From NCBI RefSeq assembly GCF_001194135.2, contig NC_068987.1, positions 49,940,273 to 50,004,272 of the forward strand: a stretch of DNA of 64,000 nt, given 5' to 3'. Shown in pieces: positions 1 to 12,583 of the stretch (position 1 is the first letter of the stretch; the number at the start of each line of letters is the position of its first letter). A program made the position numbers and the translations under genes. The notes beneath the pieces were generated by a model. The model saw only the letters and a program-made list of their open reading frames with translations. It did no database searches and was not told where the DNA came from. This DNA comes from Octopus bimaculoides (lineage: Eukaryota).

Positions 1-367
1 GGATATTTCTCATATATCTAAGAATAATGTACAAATACAAACTTCATATTACAGATGAAAATATTTATTTGTAACAGAAAAACTGAAGGTTACAAAGGAA
101 GGTGAGTGAGTATTTATTAGTACCATCATCATCATTAACCTCGCTTAACAATTTAGCATTTAAATTGGCCATATCAGGACCAAATATTATCAAATTAACA
201 ACTTCTAAGACGAACTTCAAAATCAAGCCCAAACTAAAAATAAAGCAATGTTTAAATGTTCACTACAGAAATGTCCATAAGTATCATGGAAGAGATGACA
301 AAGCACCAGGATGACTCATAGCATGAGATTCTGTAAGATCGTGTATCTATGTATGCATATGTGTATA

Positions 368-584
368 CAATGAGATGCTGTAAAGTTCCTGGCTTTAAGG
401 GTATCGTGAAAGGCCTAGTTGGAGGCCCAACCTTCTGAGTTCTTTCACTGAGCTTAGAAAAACTGAAGGTCTGGTGTAGTAAGTGTGTAAATCTGAGAGA
501 AGAATATGCTGAATAAAATCATAATTAACTGAGCCTCCTGTATTTCCTTTTACCCAAAGCCAGGAACTTTTCAGCACCCACTCA
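368..584 (+). mobile_element. Mariner-derived MITE
   Basis: TA flanks; TIRs of the type GCTGAAAAGTTCCTGGCTTT / AAAGCCAGGAACTTTTCAGC; interior encodes a transposase-like C-terminus (KCVNLREEYAE*). Further copies at 14801-14993 and, partial, 59282-59358. Confidence 0.8.
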
Positions 585-1595
585 TAAATGCACAACTGCC
601 CCCATCCCTTTCCTACTCAAGACATTCCCACTGCCATGTACTAGTCTGCTGTTGTAGTTAAATGTGAGCAGAAAAGCATACTTCAGTTCTTCCCCACCGA
701 TACCACTTACCCCTCTTACCATCTGAAATCATTTCACTGTTATGCATCTTTCATTAACACTTTCTTTTCCATCTACATTTTAGATTGATCACCTTCCTCA
801 CCCACCAAATTATTTCTCTTCCCACCCATCAGTCACTTCCTTCTCCATTCACTACATCTCCCCCACACTCTTACAACCTACTCCTCAACCATACACCAAT
901 TTCCCTATCTCCCTTTCACTCCTCATCTTCTCTACACTATTCCTCACACCACCACCACCACCACCACTATGCCCTCTTTTCTGCAGTCAGTCAACTCCTC
1001 TCCCCTACTTATCATCCCTCAACATTTGTTCATAATATTCACCATCTCCCACAACTGCTACCCACCCACACTTTCACTCACCACATATCTTGAGGTCCAC
1101 CCTGACAGCTTATCACCATTATTTTTCACTCCAGTTCCACTGCCCACCCCCACCCCTTCTTCTATAGCTATGTAACTCCCCTACAGCAAGAAACTTGTTC
1201 TCTTCTGGCCCCTTCTCTTTCACTTTAACCCTTCATCTCATAGCATAAAGCTGCCTCCCTTTCTACTAATCTTCACACAGTCAAAGGGGATGTTAGTCTT
1301 GCAGGCTGCATAGTGACCTCACTAGTGTTTATGTGACAAAAAAAAAAAAAAGCATCCAGTAGACACAGTAAAGTAGTTGGTGTTAGGAAAGGGATTCAAC
1401 TGTAGAAATTATGCTGGTGCAGACATCAGAGCATAATGCAGACTCTGGACCCATCCGATTCTGCCAGCTTGTCCAACCCATGACAGCATGGAACATGGAC
1501 ATTAAATGATAATGATAATTATAAGTACACTTACACAATTGGTCTATAAACATGAGAACATACAATCTCAAATATTTCCAGAATTCTTCACTTAC

Positions 1596-1720
1596 CTGGT
1601 TATGAAGATGACATATCCACTCAGCAAATTGTCGTGCATTAGGGATAGTGGCTGATAGAAATACATAGTGTACATTATCAGGAAGGAGGATAATGGTTTC
1701 TTCCCAAACAACACCTCGTT
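1596..1720 (-). CDS. MTREX: MTREX coding exon 7 ([42 protein letters not shown]); gene continues off window start
   Basis: Motif III SAT; ttcag acceptor, gtaagt donor; 125 bp, phase 1 to 0. Confidence 0.97.
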
Positions 1721-1853
1721 CTGAATAGAAACAAAAGGAATTTAAATGACAGAAGAAAATATTACTGAGAGAGAGCTGCAACAGGATTACAGGCAAGCTA
1801 ACCAACAAAATCATTGAGTCAAAGGTAAAAGAGCAATAATAAAAGTAACACAC

Positions 1854-1944
1854 CTTTATCTCTCATATAATGAATCTCATCAAATATCACCCAAGCAACT
1901 TCTCTCATGATCTCTGATCCTCGATATAACATACTTCTCAAAAT
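1854..1944 (-). CDS. MTREX: MTREX coding exon 6 ([30 protein letters not shown]; DExH box)
   Basis: DEIH motif II; ccacag acceptor, gtgtgt donor; 91 bp, phase 0 to 1. Confidence 0.97.
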
Positions 1945-2910
1945 CTGTGGAGAGAAAGTTATTGTAATTACTATAATGTTTGTCAGTATTAAAATGTAAT
2001 TGTTTATAATTAACAAAGAAAAATAAAGAGCTGATATATAGATGTATTGGTAAGGAGTGTCAAAGCATTTGAAGATGCAGAGAATAAGCCAACGGATAAG
2101 AAAACCTATCTATTTCATTGCCATGTTTCAAATGTAAATATTCAAAATTTCTAATGAAAATGCTTGAAAAATAAGCTTCTTACATAAAAATTATCATCGT
2201 AATGGAAGGTTTTAATTTTGATATGAATATGTAAAAAAAAAAGGCAGGTTTTGAATCACAAAACCAGAAATGGTCTCAAGTAGGTTAGTATCAAAAGGGT
2301 TAATTTGATTGTTTTATAAGTTATATCTATCTGACTTGAATCATTACATTTAACCCAAAATAAACAACAAGAGATCCTAATATGATAAAAAATAATTTGC
2401 AAGGCAGTAAAAATTTTATGACATGCCAACAATTAAAGTGTCTTCAATATCTCTCTGGTTCATTGACCTAGAGGTATAAAAGATAAAACTGAACTTCAAG
2501 ATGCTATTTTAACGATAATTTACCTTATGTCCAAATGGCATCAGAAATATTTCAGAAAGCAAGTAAAACAATGATACCTTTCTCAAGGACAACAATATAA
2601 GTAAAATAACTAACTAATAATTAAAACAAGGCTGCTGATACAGCTTAGCTTCAGTTGTACTATAACCATAACAATTTCATACTTAAGTGCTAGTCAACAA
2701 CTTTCTGAAGACCTAGGAATATGATGTTCATGACTTTCTGAAAGATTTAGACTTCAACTAGAAATTAAACTTTAACTCAATTCACAAAATTTCTTGCTCT
2801 ACTGCAATTGTTACTAAGCTACAAATAACAACAAAATTGTTTCTCTGTACAATTAAATCTTCAGTGTAAATGAGCTTCTGCAATAAACAATACAAATTAA
2901 AGAAACTTAC

Positions 2911-3085
2911 TTCAGTTGTCATGACTAAACAACTAGCAGTTGGGTTGATAGTTACATCTCCGGTCATCAAACCAACATCTTGAAACTCTTCAAACAATTC
3001 TCGATATTTCTGGTTGCTTAATGCTTTAATAGGAGATGTGTATATAACACGCTGCTTCTTTTGGAGCGACATTGCAATGGCATAG
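2911..3085 (-). CDS. MTREX: MTREX coding exon 5 ([29 protein letters not shown]...MTTE)
   Basis: Motifs Ia/Ib ([23 protein letters not shown]); canonical AG/GT; 175 bp, phase 2 to 0. Confidence 0.97.
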
Positions 3086-4565
3086 CTGGAAATATAAATT
3101 GATAAATTCTCATTCTAACTGAAGACAAGAATAAATTTATCAAAGCATACTCAAACATGGTGGTTGTTGCTGCTACTCCATTGTCAAACCCGATGCAGCT
3201 TTCTAGCTTGCCAGCTCGTCAAACCATCCAACCCATGCCAGCATGGTAAATGGATGTTAAACACAATGATAATAATTTTTTTCATCTGGTTTGGGTTGGA
3301 TGGACTAGCAAATACAGCATTTCACCATGAATCTCAATTCTACATCTTTTCTTTGAGGCTCAATGCTCTGATTTCTGGCTTACAATAATTTCATCCTCAG
3401 CCATCCTTCGACTGCTATACCACTGATCATTATCATAATTTAACATAAATGTTCGAAGCTGACATGGGTTGGATGGTTTAACAGGCTCCAATGCTTCCAA
3501 AATCTGCACTATACTCCAATGTGCCCTTTAGCATGGTTTCTACAGCTGGATACCCTTCCTAATGCCAACTATTTTACAGTGTTTATTGAATGCATATTTC
3601 ATGGCACCAGCACTAGTGAGGCTGCCATACAGCTTGCATTACTAGGAACCCCAAGAGAGGCAGCTTTATGCTAGATGAGGGGTTAGCATATGAAATAAGA
3701 AGCCATAGCAGAACAGGTTTCTTGCAGTAGAGGAGCTACATGGCTACTCACATTATAGAAAAGATGGGTGTGATTGGGACAGGGCTAAAGAGATAAAAAT
3801 AGTGATGATGAGGTGTTTGAGCAGACCCTCAAAGTAGGAGTGAAGTAGAGGCTGTAAGAGTGTATGGAGGATGACAGATGGGTTAGGGTGAGGGGTTGAA
3901 TATAATGAATGAAAAATAAATGGTGAAGGATAAATAAGGGGAGTTAGGAAGAGTAAATAACGACTCTAAAATGGGGTTGAGAGATGAATGTAGAGAATGG
4001 TTGATGGGGGTGAACAGCAGCAGAATAGTAATGATCAATATAGTAAACAGAGGATGGATGAGAGATGCCATGTATTTGAATAGGTTGCAACAGTGTTGCA
4101 AGAAGTGGGGGAGACAGGTAGGCAGTGCATGGGGAGTGTGAAACATGGTGATAGGAAAAGAAAAATAATTTGGAACCCCCTGCATATCCAAACCAAATGC
4201 CGATATCTCTATATTTCTACTGCCTACTCATTTTCTTAACTCACACGCAACCTTAAAATATTTTGTTGTTTCTGGACAGGGCACTTAATTTCATATACTT
4301 CAGTCCACCCAATCGTGAAGATTAAATGCCAGAAACCAACAAAAACAGATCAACTGTTCTATCTAGTAAATTTACTCACACTAAATCTCTATTTTTCAGT
4401 CAAGGTTACAAGTTGGAATCTAAAGCAGGGTTATTTCTACTGCATGTTAAAAGCTACATATTAAACACCAATTTCCAATATTGGCACAGGTTTACAAATT
4501 TGTAGTAAGTACAATTGACTGAAATTATTGTATTTACTTGTGCTTAAGTGGCACTATTAATAACT

Positions 4566-4748
4566 AAGAGGTAATATTTATCCCCTCTTAATGTGGATGT
4601 TCTTTTAGAACAAACTATACTATGGTATTGTAGCAAGAGTATATTTTGTACCAAAAAGCCAATATGGGAGTTTCTCCCATGGTAACTACTACAGTATAGT
4701 TTGTTCTAATAGAATGTCCACGTTTAAGTGGGGATAAATTTTATTCTT
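4566..4748. mobile_element. Degenerate foldback MITE in MTREX intron 4
   Basis: About 60-bp imperfect inverted arms (ATTTATCCCC.CTTAA..GTGGA..TTCT.TTAGAACAAACTATACT); no clean TSD. Confidence 0.6.
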
Positions 4749-5107
4749 GATTTAAGTGAAGAACATAGGGGAGTGGGGGAGGCAAATTATACATGGAGCA
4801 AAGCTAAACCTATAAAGGCAAAAAATTTTGTACCAAGATTTAACACTAAATTAGGTGTACAACTTATACATGAGTAAATACAGTACCTTAGTAGATGACA
4901 AATACTTATTTCAAGGATACTTGTGAATGAAACATTTCAACATCTAACTCACAAATAAATGATTGTTGTAAGTCACCCAAGGAATTAATGGTTTTTGTTA
5001 ATCTAAAATTTTTTATACACTTGTAAAAATAATAATATCAGATTATCTGGAATGTCAAAAAAAAAAAAGTACTGTAAATCAAGGAGATCTCAAACTGTAA
5101 TACTTAC

Positions 5108-5283
5108 ACAGCAACAACTGTTTTGCCAGCTGATGTGTGTGCAGATACCAATACAGACTGGTTGTTTTCTAAACATAAAAGTGCTTCCTTTTGGAATGGA
5201 TCAAGAATAAAAGGAAATTCCTGAGCAGGTTTTTCAGGGGGAGGTTTCAAAGGAACAAATTCTTCATCAGGAGGTAGAGCAAC
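5108..5283 (-). CDS. MTREX: MTREX coding exon 4 (VALPP...[10 protein letters not shown]...[12 protein letters not shown]; Q motif and Walker A)
   Basis: Ski2/Mtr4 motif [10 protein letters not shown]; cag acceptor, gtaagt donor; 176 bp, phase 0 to 2. Confidence 0.97.
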
Positions 5284-6049
5284 CTGTGCAGAGAGGAAGA
5301 GAGAGAAATTTAAAACACTCTCAATGTTATTATGAAAGCATGATCATTTAAGAAACTGTTGTAATAAATTAAATGCTGAGATACGTGATTAAAAAAAAAA
5401 ATGATTAATAACAGCATTTAAATTATAATAAGTGATCCTCTATTGCGTTTTTCAATAAGAGCATTTCAACAAATTGGTATTTTAATGCTTTTTTTTACCA
5501 TAATTTTATTGAAATACATTATCTTTCTAGCAATTAATTTCAAAAATAATGAAGTATTTAGTAAAATAATTGTGGTTGTTAAGCTGGTGTTTGGAACATA
5601 ATTTAACAGGAAATATTGATAGAAAGATGGATTGTATCTAAGAAGCAGGAGTGGCTTTGGGCAGGGCAGTATCAAAAGAATTAAATAAAGTGGCAAGTTA
5701 TGTAGAAAGACAAAAACATGTCTTGAGCCGTAACTTTAGTCAGCTGTTTTATTGTATCAATTTAGAAAGGAATCACCAATACTGTAAGGCCAAAGGTAGG
5801 CTGCAGCAACATAGACCAAATGGTAAAGAAAGTCAAAAGAAGCGGATGTTGGTGAGCTGTGAGAGAAATTAAACTAACATTTTAGGTTGAAAGCCTCAAT
5901 TGAAGGATTATCAAATCATTGCAGAGTATGCCTGCTTGTGTGTATGCACACATATAGCTAGTACTTCAAAGTCTGTATCAACACTGGAGTGTGAAAAATA
6001 CAGAATTTCTCTACAGAAACTTAAGGCATCATTGTCATTTACCATCCAC

Positions 6050-6265
6050 TTTCCATGCTTGCATGGGTCTGATAAAATTTGTTGAGGCAGATTTTTAACA
6101 ACCAAATGTCCTTCCTGTCACCAACCCTCACCTATTTCCAAGCAAGGCAATATTTCCCATGCCCAGATATGTTTTTAATGGAAAACTGAAAACAGACACC
6201 ACTTGTATTATGGTGATGCTTGTTTATAACCATCATGTAATGTCAAGACAAGGGTACACAAAAGC
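6050..6265 (-). mobile_element. SINE-like family with RTE-type tail and a distinct body
   Basis: Homologous copies at about 19360-19570 (-), 60130-60300 (+) and 63490-63690 (+). Confidence 0.65.
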
Positions 6266-6847
6266 ATATGTGCATGCAGACACACATACATATATTAACA
6301 AGCTTCTTTCATAAGGCAGTGAGCTGGCAGAAACGTTAGCATACCAGGCAAAATGATTAGCGACATTTCGTCTATCTTTACGTTCTGAGTTCAAATTCCG
6401 CCAAGGTTGACTTAGCCTTTCATCCTTTTGGGGTTGATTAAATAACTACCAGTTACGCAATGAGGTCAATGTAATTGACTCCAGTAATTCCTTTTGTCTG
6501 TCCTTGTTTGTCCCTTCTATGTTTAGCCCCCTGTGGGCAACAAATAAATAAACACGCTTCTTTTGGTTTCCATCTACTAAATTCACTTGCTAGGTTTGAT
6601 TGGCTTTGGGCTACAACAGATGATACTTGCTCAAGGTGTCACACAGAACATAATCTCAAAGAAACTGATGAATTGGGTAAAAAGGGTAGAGACTGGACTA
6701 TGTTGTTAAAAATAACTCAAGTATACAAAGGATTGCTTAATAGAGACAAATGATAAAAAAAAACTTAAAGAACTGAAGACCTGTTAAAAGAAAACGAACA
6801 AAAAATAATAATAATGGAACATCATCTAACTTTACAAAATGTATTAC

Positions 6848-6917
6848 CTCATGTGTGCAAGACTCCAAAGTCTCAACTTTGTGGACCTGGATACGAGGCA
6901 TAACTTCTGCAGCTGCA
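6848..6917 (-). CDS. MTREX: MTREX coding exon 3 (AAAEVMPRIQVHKVETLESCTHE)
   Basis: Matches human LMPRVKVQSVETVEGCTHE; tttctag acceptor, gtaata donor; 70 bp, phase 2 to 0. Confidence 0.92.
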
Positions 6918-7726
6918 CTAGAAACAGAAAATTAAAATCAAGTTCAGTTTTAAGAGTTTGTAATTATTACTGCCATCATACACAAATTGGAAAAATGAAA
7001 TTAGAAAACATGAACATAAAATATAATGTCCCACTTAGCATCTCTTACAGAAACACTATATGTAGATTTTAAAATAAGGCTACTATACTGTCTAGACCTA
7101 CACTTTACAACAATATCTCTTGCACACCTACTCAACACCTTTTCTGTTCCTCTATCTATATTCTCTCTCTAATAGTAACCTTGCAAAAGATTAAGTTTAC
7201 CTGTACAAATTTATTAAAACATTGTATCTACAGAATAGAAATTAAATCCAAAATTTGTTAATATCTTAAAAACAGAATTGCTTCAACCAGATCTGCTTTC
7301 TTCATAGAAACCCTTAAATCTAATTTATTTTCAGTGATGAAATAAATAAAGCCAAGAAAAAAAAACAGTCGAATTAGTATTTGTGAAGTTATGAATTTTA
7401 ATACATTATATTTTACATTTAGTTGGAGTCAGTATATTTTCACTGATTCCAGTAAAATACTAAATATTACCAACTTCAACTTGCACAGCTTTGCCTAGAA
7501 CTAATGATAAACAACAGCTATGAGGTTAAGTGAATCAAATCCTTACATTCATTACTTTTGTTTTAAATATCTCCAAGAACTATTTAAAATGTTGCTGCTT
7601 ATCCAAATCTTTAAAAGCTACCCAATTCATGTTAGCCTGGGAAACAGTTTTAAAAGATAGAAATGAAATTGAGTAAAAAATTTACAGATATTTTTACAAA
7701 ATTGTTTTAAAAAACTCAATACTTAC

Positions 7727-7825
7727 GCAAGATCCTCATGGTCAGCTTTTAATTTCTTGGAACTAATTACATCAGGGTTGTCAATCTCTCGCTTTTTAAC
7801 GATACTCCTGAGTAAATCCTCAGCC
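7727..7825 (-). CDS. MTREX: MTREX coding exon 2 (AEDLLRSIVKKREIDNPDVISSKKLKADHEDL)
   Basis: ttcag acceptor and gtaagt donor; 99 bp, phase 2 to phase 2, open; joins exons 1 and 3 in frame. Confidence 0.85.
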
Positions 7826-8749
7826 CTGAATAAGTTAAATTGATGCAAATAATCGCAATCATTTTTATGAAATATTTAATTACTTTAAGAATTTACAAAC
7901 TTTTTCACTGACATTTATTATAATGGTGTTTGTGATCATAGAGTTATTAATTCTAATCAAGCTACAGCTGGTGTCAGCCACCATTTCAAATGGTCTCACA
8001 AATTGCTATGTCTTAGGATGATGTATATGTACCATGTAAATATGAATGGGGAAAACAGTATGATTGAGGCAAGGTGAAGGAGAAATGGGAGAATAATGAC
8101 AGAGAGTAAACGAGTCACTAATTAGAAATTGTTTGCTGGCAAGAAAGAGTGCAAGTGACAGGTTGTCGGGATAGCAATGGTAAAACAGTGATGTCAATGA
8201 CAGAGTAATTTCAGGTGGCAAGCTGGCAAAATAGTTAGCACACCAGGTAAAAAGCTTAGCGGCATTTGGTCTGTCTTCACATTCTGAGTTCAAGTTCCAC
8301 TGAGGTCAACTTTGCCTTTCGTCCTTTCAGAGTTGATAAAATAAATACCAGTTGAGCACTGTGTGCATGTATGTGTGAGTGGGGGTAGGGTTGACCTATC
8401 TACTCCCCTGAAATTGCTAGCTTTTTGTGTCAAAATTTGAAACCAATGACAGAGTGATCTGAAGGAGAGGAAGGGGTGGCTAGTAGTACAGGAAGTAAAC
8501 AGAGGGGTGTATTGAAGAATGGCAATCCCTTGTTACTCAGGCAATGGGAGTACAGCAGTACAAATGGTGACTGGAGAAATGCATATGAACAATACACAGG
8601 TGGCCAAGTGTAGCAAGCAGAAGAGACCGATAACATAAGTGAAGATATTAAAAAGACAAGAGGGGCAGCAGATGGCGACTTAGAAAGAATAAACTAAATA
8701 AAAGTCCAAACCTCCACCATTATCCAAATTTTAATGTGCATTTCACCAT

Positions 8750-9530
8750 GTTTGCACAAGTGGAAAGGTTTTCTTCAGCATTGCCAAATGTCATAACTTT
8801 CTATCATCTTTATGAGGTGTAATATCTTGAAATTAGTCTTCACCACTCCATCCCAAGTTTTTCTCAGTCTTCCTTTTCCCAAAGATTCCATTCACTTCAA
8901 GTGTGTGGTACTTTACACAACCATCACAAGTTGTGGGAGTCAAGTATAACATTTTCAAATAACCAATGCTTCTTTGCAATCTTCTGCAAAGACTTGATTC
9001 AACACTAGTGCATTCAACAAATTTTTGCCTGGGTATATTCAAGTTATGCAGTCTACTTTTCAGACATTGAGTAAAAAAGGCTAAGGATCTGACAAAATGT
9101 GAAGGTAGTCAACAACTCAAAGGGAAATCGCAAATATGACTTCAATGATTTCAAATCAATTTGTTGAATCTTAAACACCAAACCTTTCTTGCCATTATGA
9201 CTATCTTCTTTTTTCTTCCCTCTCAGAACACCAGAAAGTTTATCAAAAGATGAATTTAGATTCCTTCATCAATTGTAGCACTTTCGTTAAATCATATCTA
9301 GACGTCGAAGAAAGTCTAAGTAAAGAATTTGTGCAATTTGTAGCAATGTTTAAAGCTCATCTTATTTCTCATACTGACACTAAACAAGACGTCGCAGAAA
9401 TGAAGTTTTACCGTTTGGTAAGTGGCAATTCTTTGAAGTCTTGCTTTGCAAATGTACAAAATGCCTTGTGCATTTATTTGTCACCCATGCTTACCAAGTG
9501 TTGTGAAGAAGTATTAAAAATTACTTTTTA
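8750..9530 (+). mobile_element. Decayed hAT-family transposase remnant in MTREX intron 1
   Basis: Fragments FQITNASLQS and EFVQF...CFANVQNALCIYL resemble the hAT C-terminal/dimerisation region; stops and frameshifts present. Confidence 0.6.
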
Positions 9531-10289
9531 AAAATTCCTAAAGCATGTAATTAAAAGAACTTGTCAAACATTCAAGAAGCAAAACAAAAAACAAAAACAA
9601 ATACGAAACATTTAATGGAAAAACAGTTTAAATAAAATTTCATCATAAACAAACAGTACGGGAAATGATCCTATCAACAACCGATATTTCACAAAAACTA
9701 TGCTAATATCCTTTAAAAGCTCTTAATCTTTGGATCTCTATTTGGTACCCATATGCGCTGTGTTTAGTATTTTTAAAAAATGGGCCTTCTAGCTTCTGAA
9801 ACGCAATCGAAATGTACCTAAAAATATAAAATATACGCGACAAATTCCAGGGCCATTTTTATTTTTAAAATTCTTTCGTTACAAAACGACATAAAAAAAG
9901 CTTTAATACCCTTTCAAAGTCCTCAAATAAAAAACTACGTTTAAGCTAATTTTTGTATCAAAATTATTTCTTAAAAAATGTTTCCTTTTAATATTATATA
10001 ATGGCAGAGTTGTCGAGAACAGAAATTTGTTCTTTCATTTTCGCTTCATCAGATAACTGTTTAATCGGCCGCTTCGAATGGATTAGAAACGGACTATATG
10101 AAAGTCAAACGGATGTTTTAATAAGACACAACTACTGAAATTTTACAAATTTGTATAAAATAGAATTAAAGCAAATTTAACACTTTAAATACTTGAACAA
10201 GGGGGAAATGGGACGTGTACAACACGTGACAATATGGGAACGCATAAACATGAATATTACTTGATAATTATTATCAAATTGAATCTTAC

Positions 10290-10405
10290 CTTTGTGTATC
10301 CTCAACCGATATTTTCTCTTCTTCATTTTTTTTATCAGTTACTTTAGAATTCTCGGCTTTCGACTCAAATATATCGAAAAGATCGTCTCCGAAGGTGGAC
10401 GCCAT
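10290..10405 (-). CDS. MTREX: MTREX/SKIV2L2 (Mtr4) coding exon 1 (MASTFGDDLFDIFESK...)
   Basis: ATG at 10405; N-terminus resembles human MADAFGDELFSVFE; GT donor (gtaaga) follows; 116 bp, phase 2, in frame with exon 2. Confidence 0.9.
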
Positions 10406-10436
10406 CTTCCAATTTACGGATGTGGCTTCCGGAAGT
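10400..10436 (-). promoter_or_regulatory. Housekeeping-type promoter motifs at the MTREX start: YY1-like CGCCATCTT over the ATG and palindromic ETS site CTTCCGGAAGT
   Basis: Motifs read at 10400-10408 and 10426-10436, inside a locally CpG-retaining stretch. Confidence 0.5.
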
Positions 10437-10530
10437 AACAGGAACAAGGGCGATAACCAAAGAGAATAAGTATTAGTTTCATATTAATATAAAAACCGTG
10501 TTACTTTATGGCTGTAGCTATTATTATTAT

Positions 10531-10748
10531 AAGGCGGCGAGCTGGCAGAAACGTTAATACGCCGGGCGAAATGCTTAGCAGTATTTTGTCTGTCTTTACG
10601 TTCTGAGTACAAATTCTGCTGAGATCAACTTTGCCTTTCATCTTTTCGGGTTCGATAAATTAAGTACCAGTTGTGTACTGCGATCGATCTAATTGACTTA
10701 ATCCTCCTCCCCCAAAATTTCGGGCCTTGTGCCTAGAGTAGAAAAGAA
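10531..10748 (+). mobile_element. SINE family A (tRNA-like head AAGGCGGCGAGCTGGCAGAA; central CTTTGCCTTTCATCCTTTCGGGGTCGATAAA)
   Basis: More than 15 copies in the window, e.g. 6313-6550, 8213-8447, 12103-12255, 21076-21305, 29941-30140, 48983-49139 (+); 19610-19750, 25210-25390, 48292-48414, 57415-57615, 57680-57875, 58668-58880, 59010-59225 (-). Confidence 0.85.
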
Positions 10749-11299
10749 GGCTAATCTTCCAGTTTTGGGACGTAAAAAAAGTAAATAAAAATACAAGGGA
10801 AATAATTTAACGTCTTACTAGNNNNNNNNNNNNNNNNNNNNNNNNNNNNNNNNNNNNNNNNNNNNNNNNNNNNNNNNNNNNNNNNNNNNNNNNNNNNNNN
10901 NNNNNNNNNNNNNNNNNNNNNGGGAAGGAGCAAGTCAATTATATACGCTGTGCGTATCTGTGTTTGTATTAATTTTCTGTTCAACAACTTTTCGCTAATT
11001 TTCTATGTACTGTGATTTGAGGAATATTTGGCTGCTATTTCTAGGACTAACCCTAACCCTAACCCTTGGAGATTAAATACGCTTTACACCGCTTAAAGTG
11101 CCAAAGGAGTAACTGTAAACAGCTGAATACTTGTCAGTGATTGGTTGAAATTATCGAAATAAGACAATTTTTTACATGAAATAAATTCGAATACAAAAAT
11201 TTTTTTCTGTTCTATAACACAAAATAGATAAGTATACGAAGTTTGAAAGTCTTTTGGTACCAAAAACACTACATAAAACATAAATGAAAACTGGTGCCC

Positions 11300-11870
11300 C
11301 CGTTTTGAACTAGATCTGGACAAGGCAACAGAAAAAGAAATGGAGAAGGGATTCACTATAGTTAAAAAGAAAAGAAGGAGAAGCAGAGGAATGAGTTCTC
11401 CGCCAGAGAAGCAGAAAAAAAAGAGAGAAGAGGTGAGAAAAGAAACTGTGAAGTAGGGCAGTAGGAAGGAAAAAGAAAGTGGAGTTACCAGTGGAGAAAG
11501 TGTCAGAAACCTAACTGTATGAAGGTGAAATGGAGAGACTATTTATGGAGGAAGAAAAGAGAGAACCAAAAGTCCAAGAGAAAGGAAAGAAGATATGAGG
11601 AGAAGAAGGAGTATGGTATTATGTAACGTACCCAATAAATGTTGAAACAGAGAAAAAAATAATCAAGTTACACTCAATAGTAACAGTGAAGGTGCCTTCA
11701 TACGTCTACGTGGAGGATATGAAGGCAATATTGCTAGAAGAGGAAAACTACAGAAAATTGAAAGAGATGTGTGGAGATAACATTGACCCGCCAGGAGTGG
11801 AGGTGGAATTTAAAGAGTTGCCACCAGTGGTGGATTTAAGAGATATCAAACCAGTAATGAAGTTCTAAAG
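11300..11870 (+). mobile_element. Possible degenerate non-LTR retrotransposon ORF1 fragment
   Basis: Purine-rich; translates to EKGFTIVKKKRRRSRGMSSP, a pattern common in LINE ORF1 N-termini. No decisive domain seen. Confidence 0.3.
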
Positions 11871-12583
11871 ACAAAAAAGTATGAAATTAAAGGAAAAAAA
11901 AAGAATTGTAAATAATACATATAATGGTTCAAATGGTACTGCATGGGAGTGGGACCCATGCGTCCATTTTCATTTTTCCATTTTTATATAACTTTCATTT
12001 CATTTACATTCGTTTTATGTATTTTGTCCCCACTGTGGTCTTGTCTGTCCTTGTAGTGTCCCCATCTATGTTTAGGGCTTTATGCCTAATAAAGAAATCA
12101 GTATTTCGTTTGTCTTTAAATTCTGCTGAGGTTGACTTTGCCTTTCATCCTTTTGGGGTCGATTAAATAAATACTAGTTACGCACTGAGGTCGATGTAAT
12201 CAACTTAATCCCTTCCTCCAAATATGAGGCCTTGTGCTTCCATTAGAAAAGATTATTACTATTATCAACACTATAAATATAAGCAGTGTTCTTAACTCAA
12301 TGTTGTTTATGTAATTTCGCCCCAAATTGATGCTGGGTTTTACTTCATTTGATGTTGATAAAATGAATATCTCTAGATCTCTGTCAGTCAAAGGTTGAAG
12401 TTTGACCATGAATCATCTGCACTTGTGGATCTCATCTCTAAGGCAAAAATCTTTAATGAAGACCAGTAATTTTCCAAGTGGCAACCCTCCCCTCTTCTTG
12501 CCATCATTAAGACTGTTTCTCACAGGAGGCGAGCTACTCTTCTAGTGTAAAGATTGAAAAGTGGGGTGGTTGATAACTTGTCA

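Noticed and set aside
785-1175. His/Ser/Pro-rich plus-strand ORFs
   Set aside because: CT-rich low-complexity body of a repeat inside an MTREX intron.
11047-11066. Interstitial telomere or chromosome fusion site
   Set aside because: Only about three repeats and a single orientation; noted only in connection with the TTAGGG-bearing elements.
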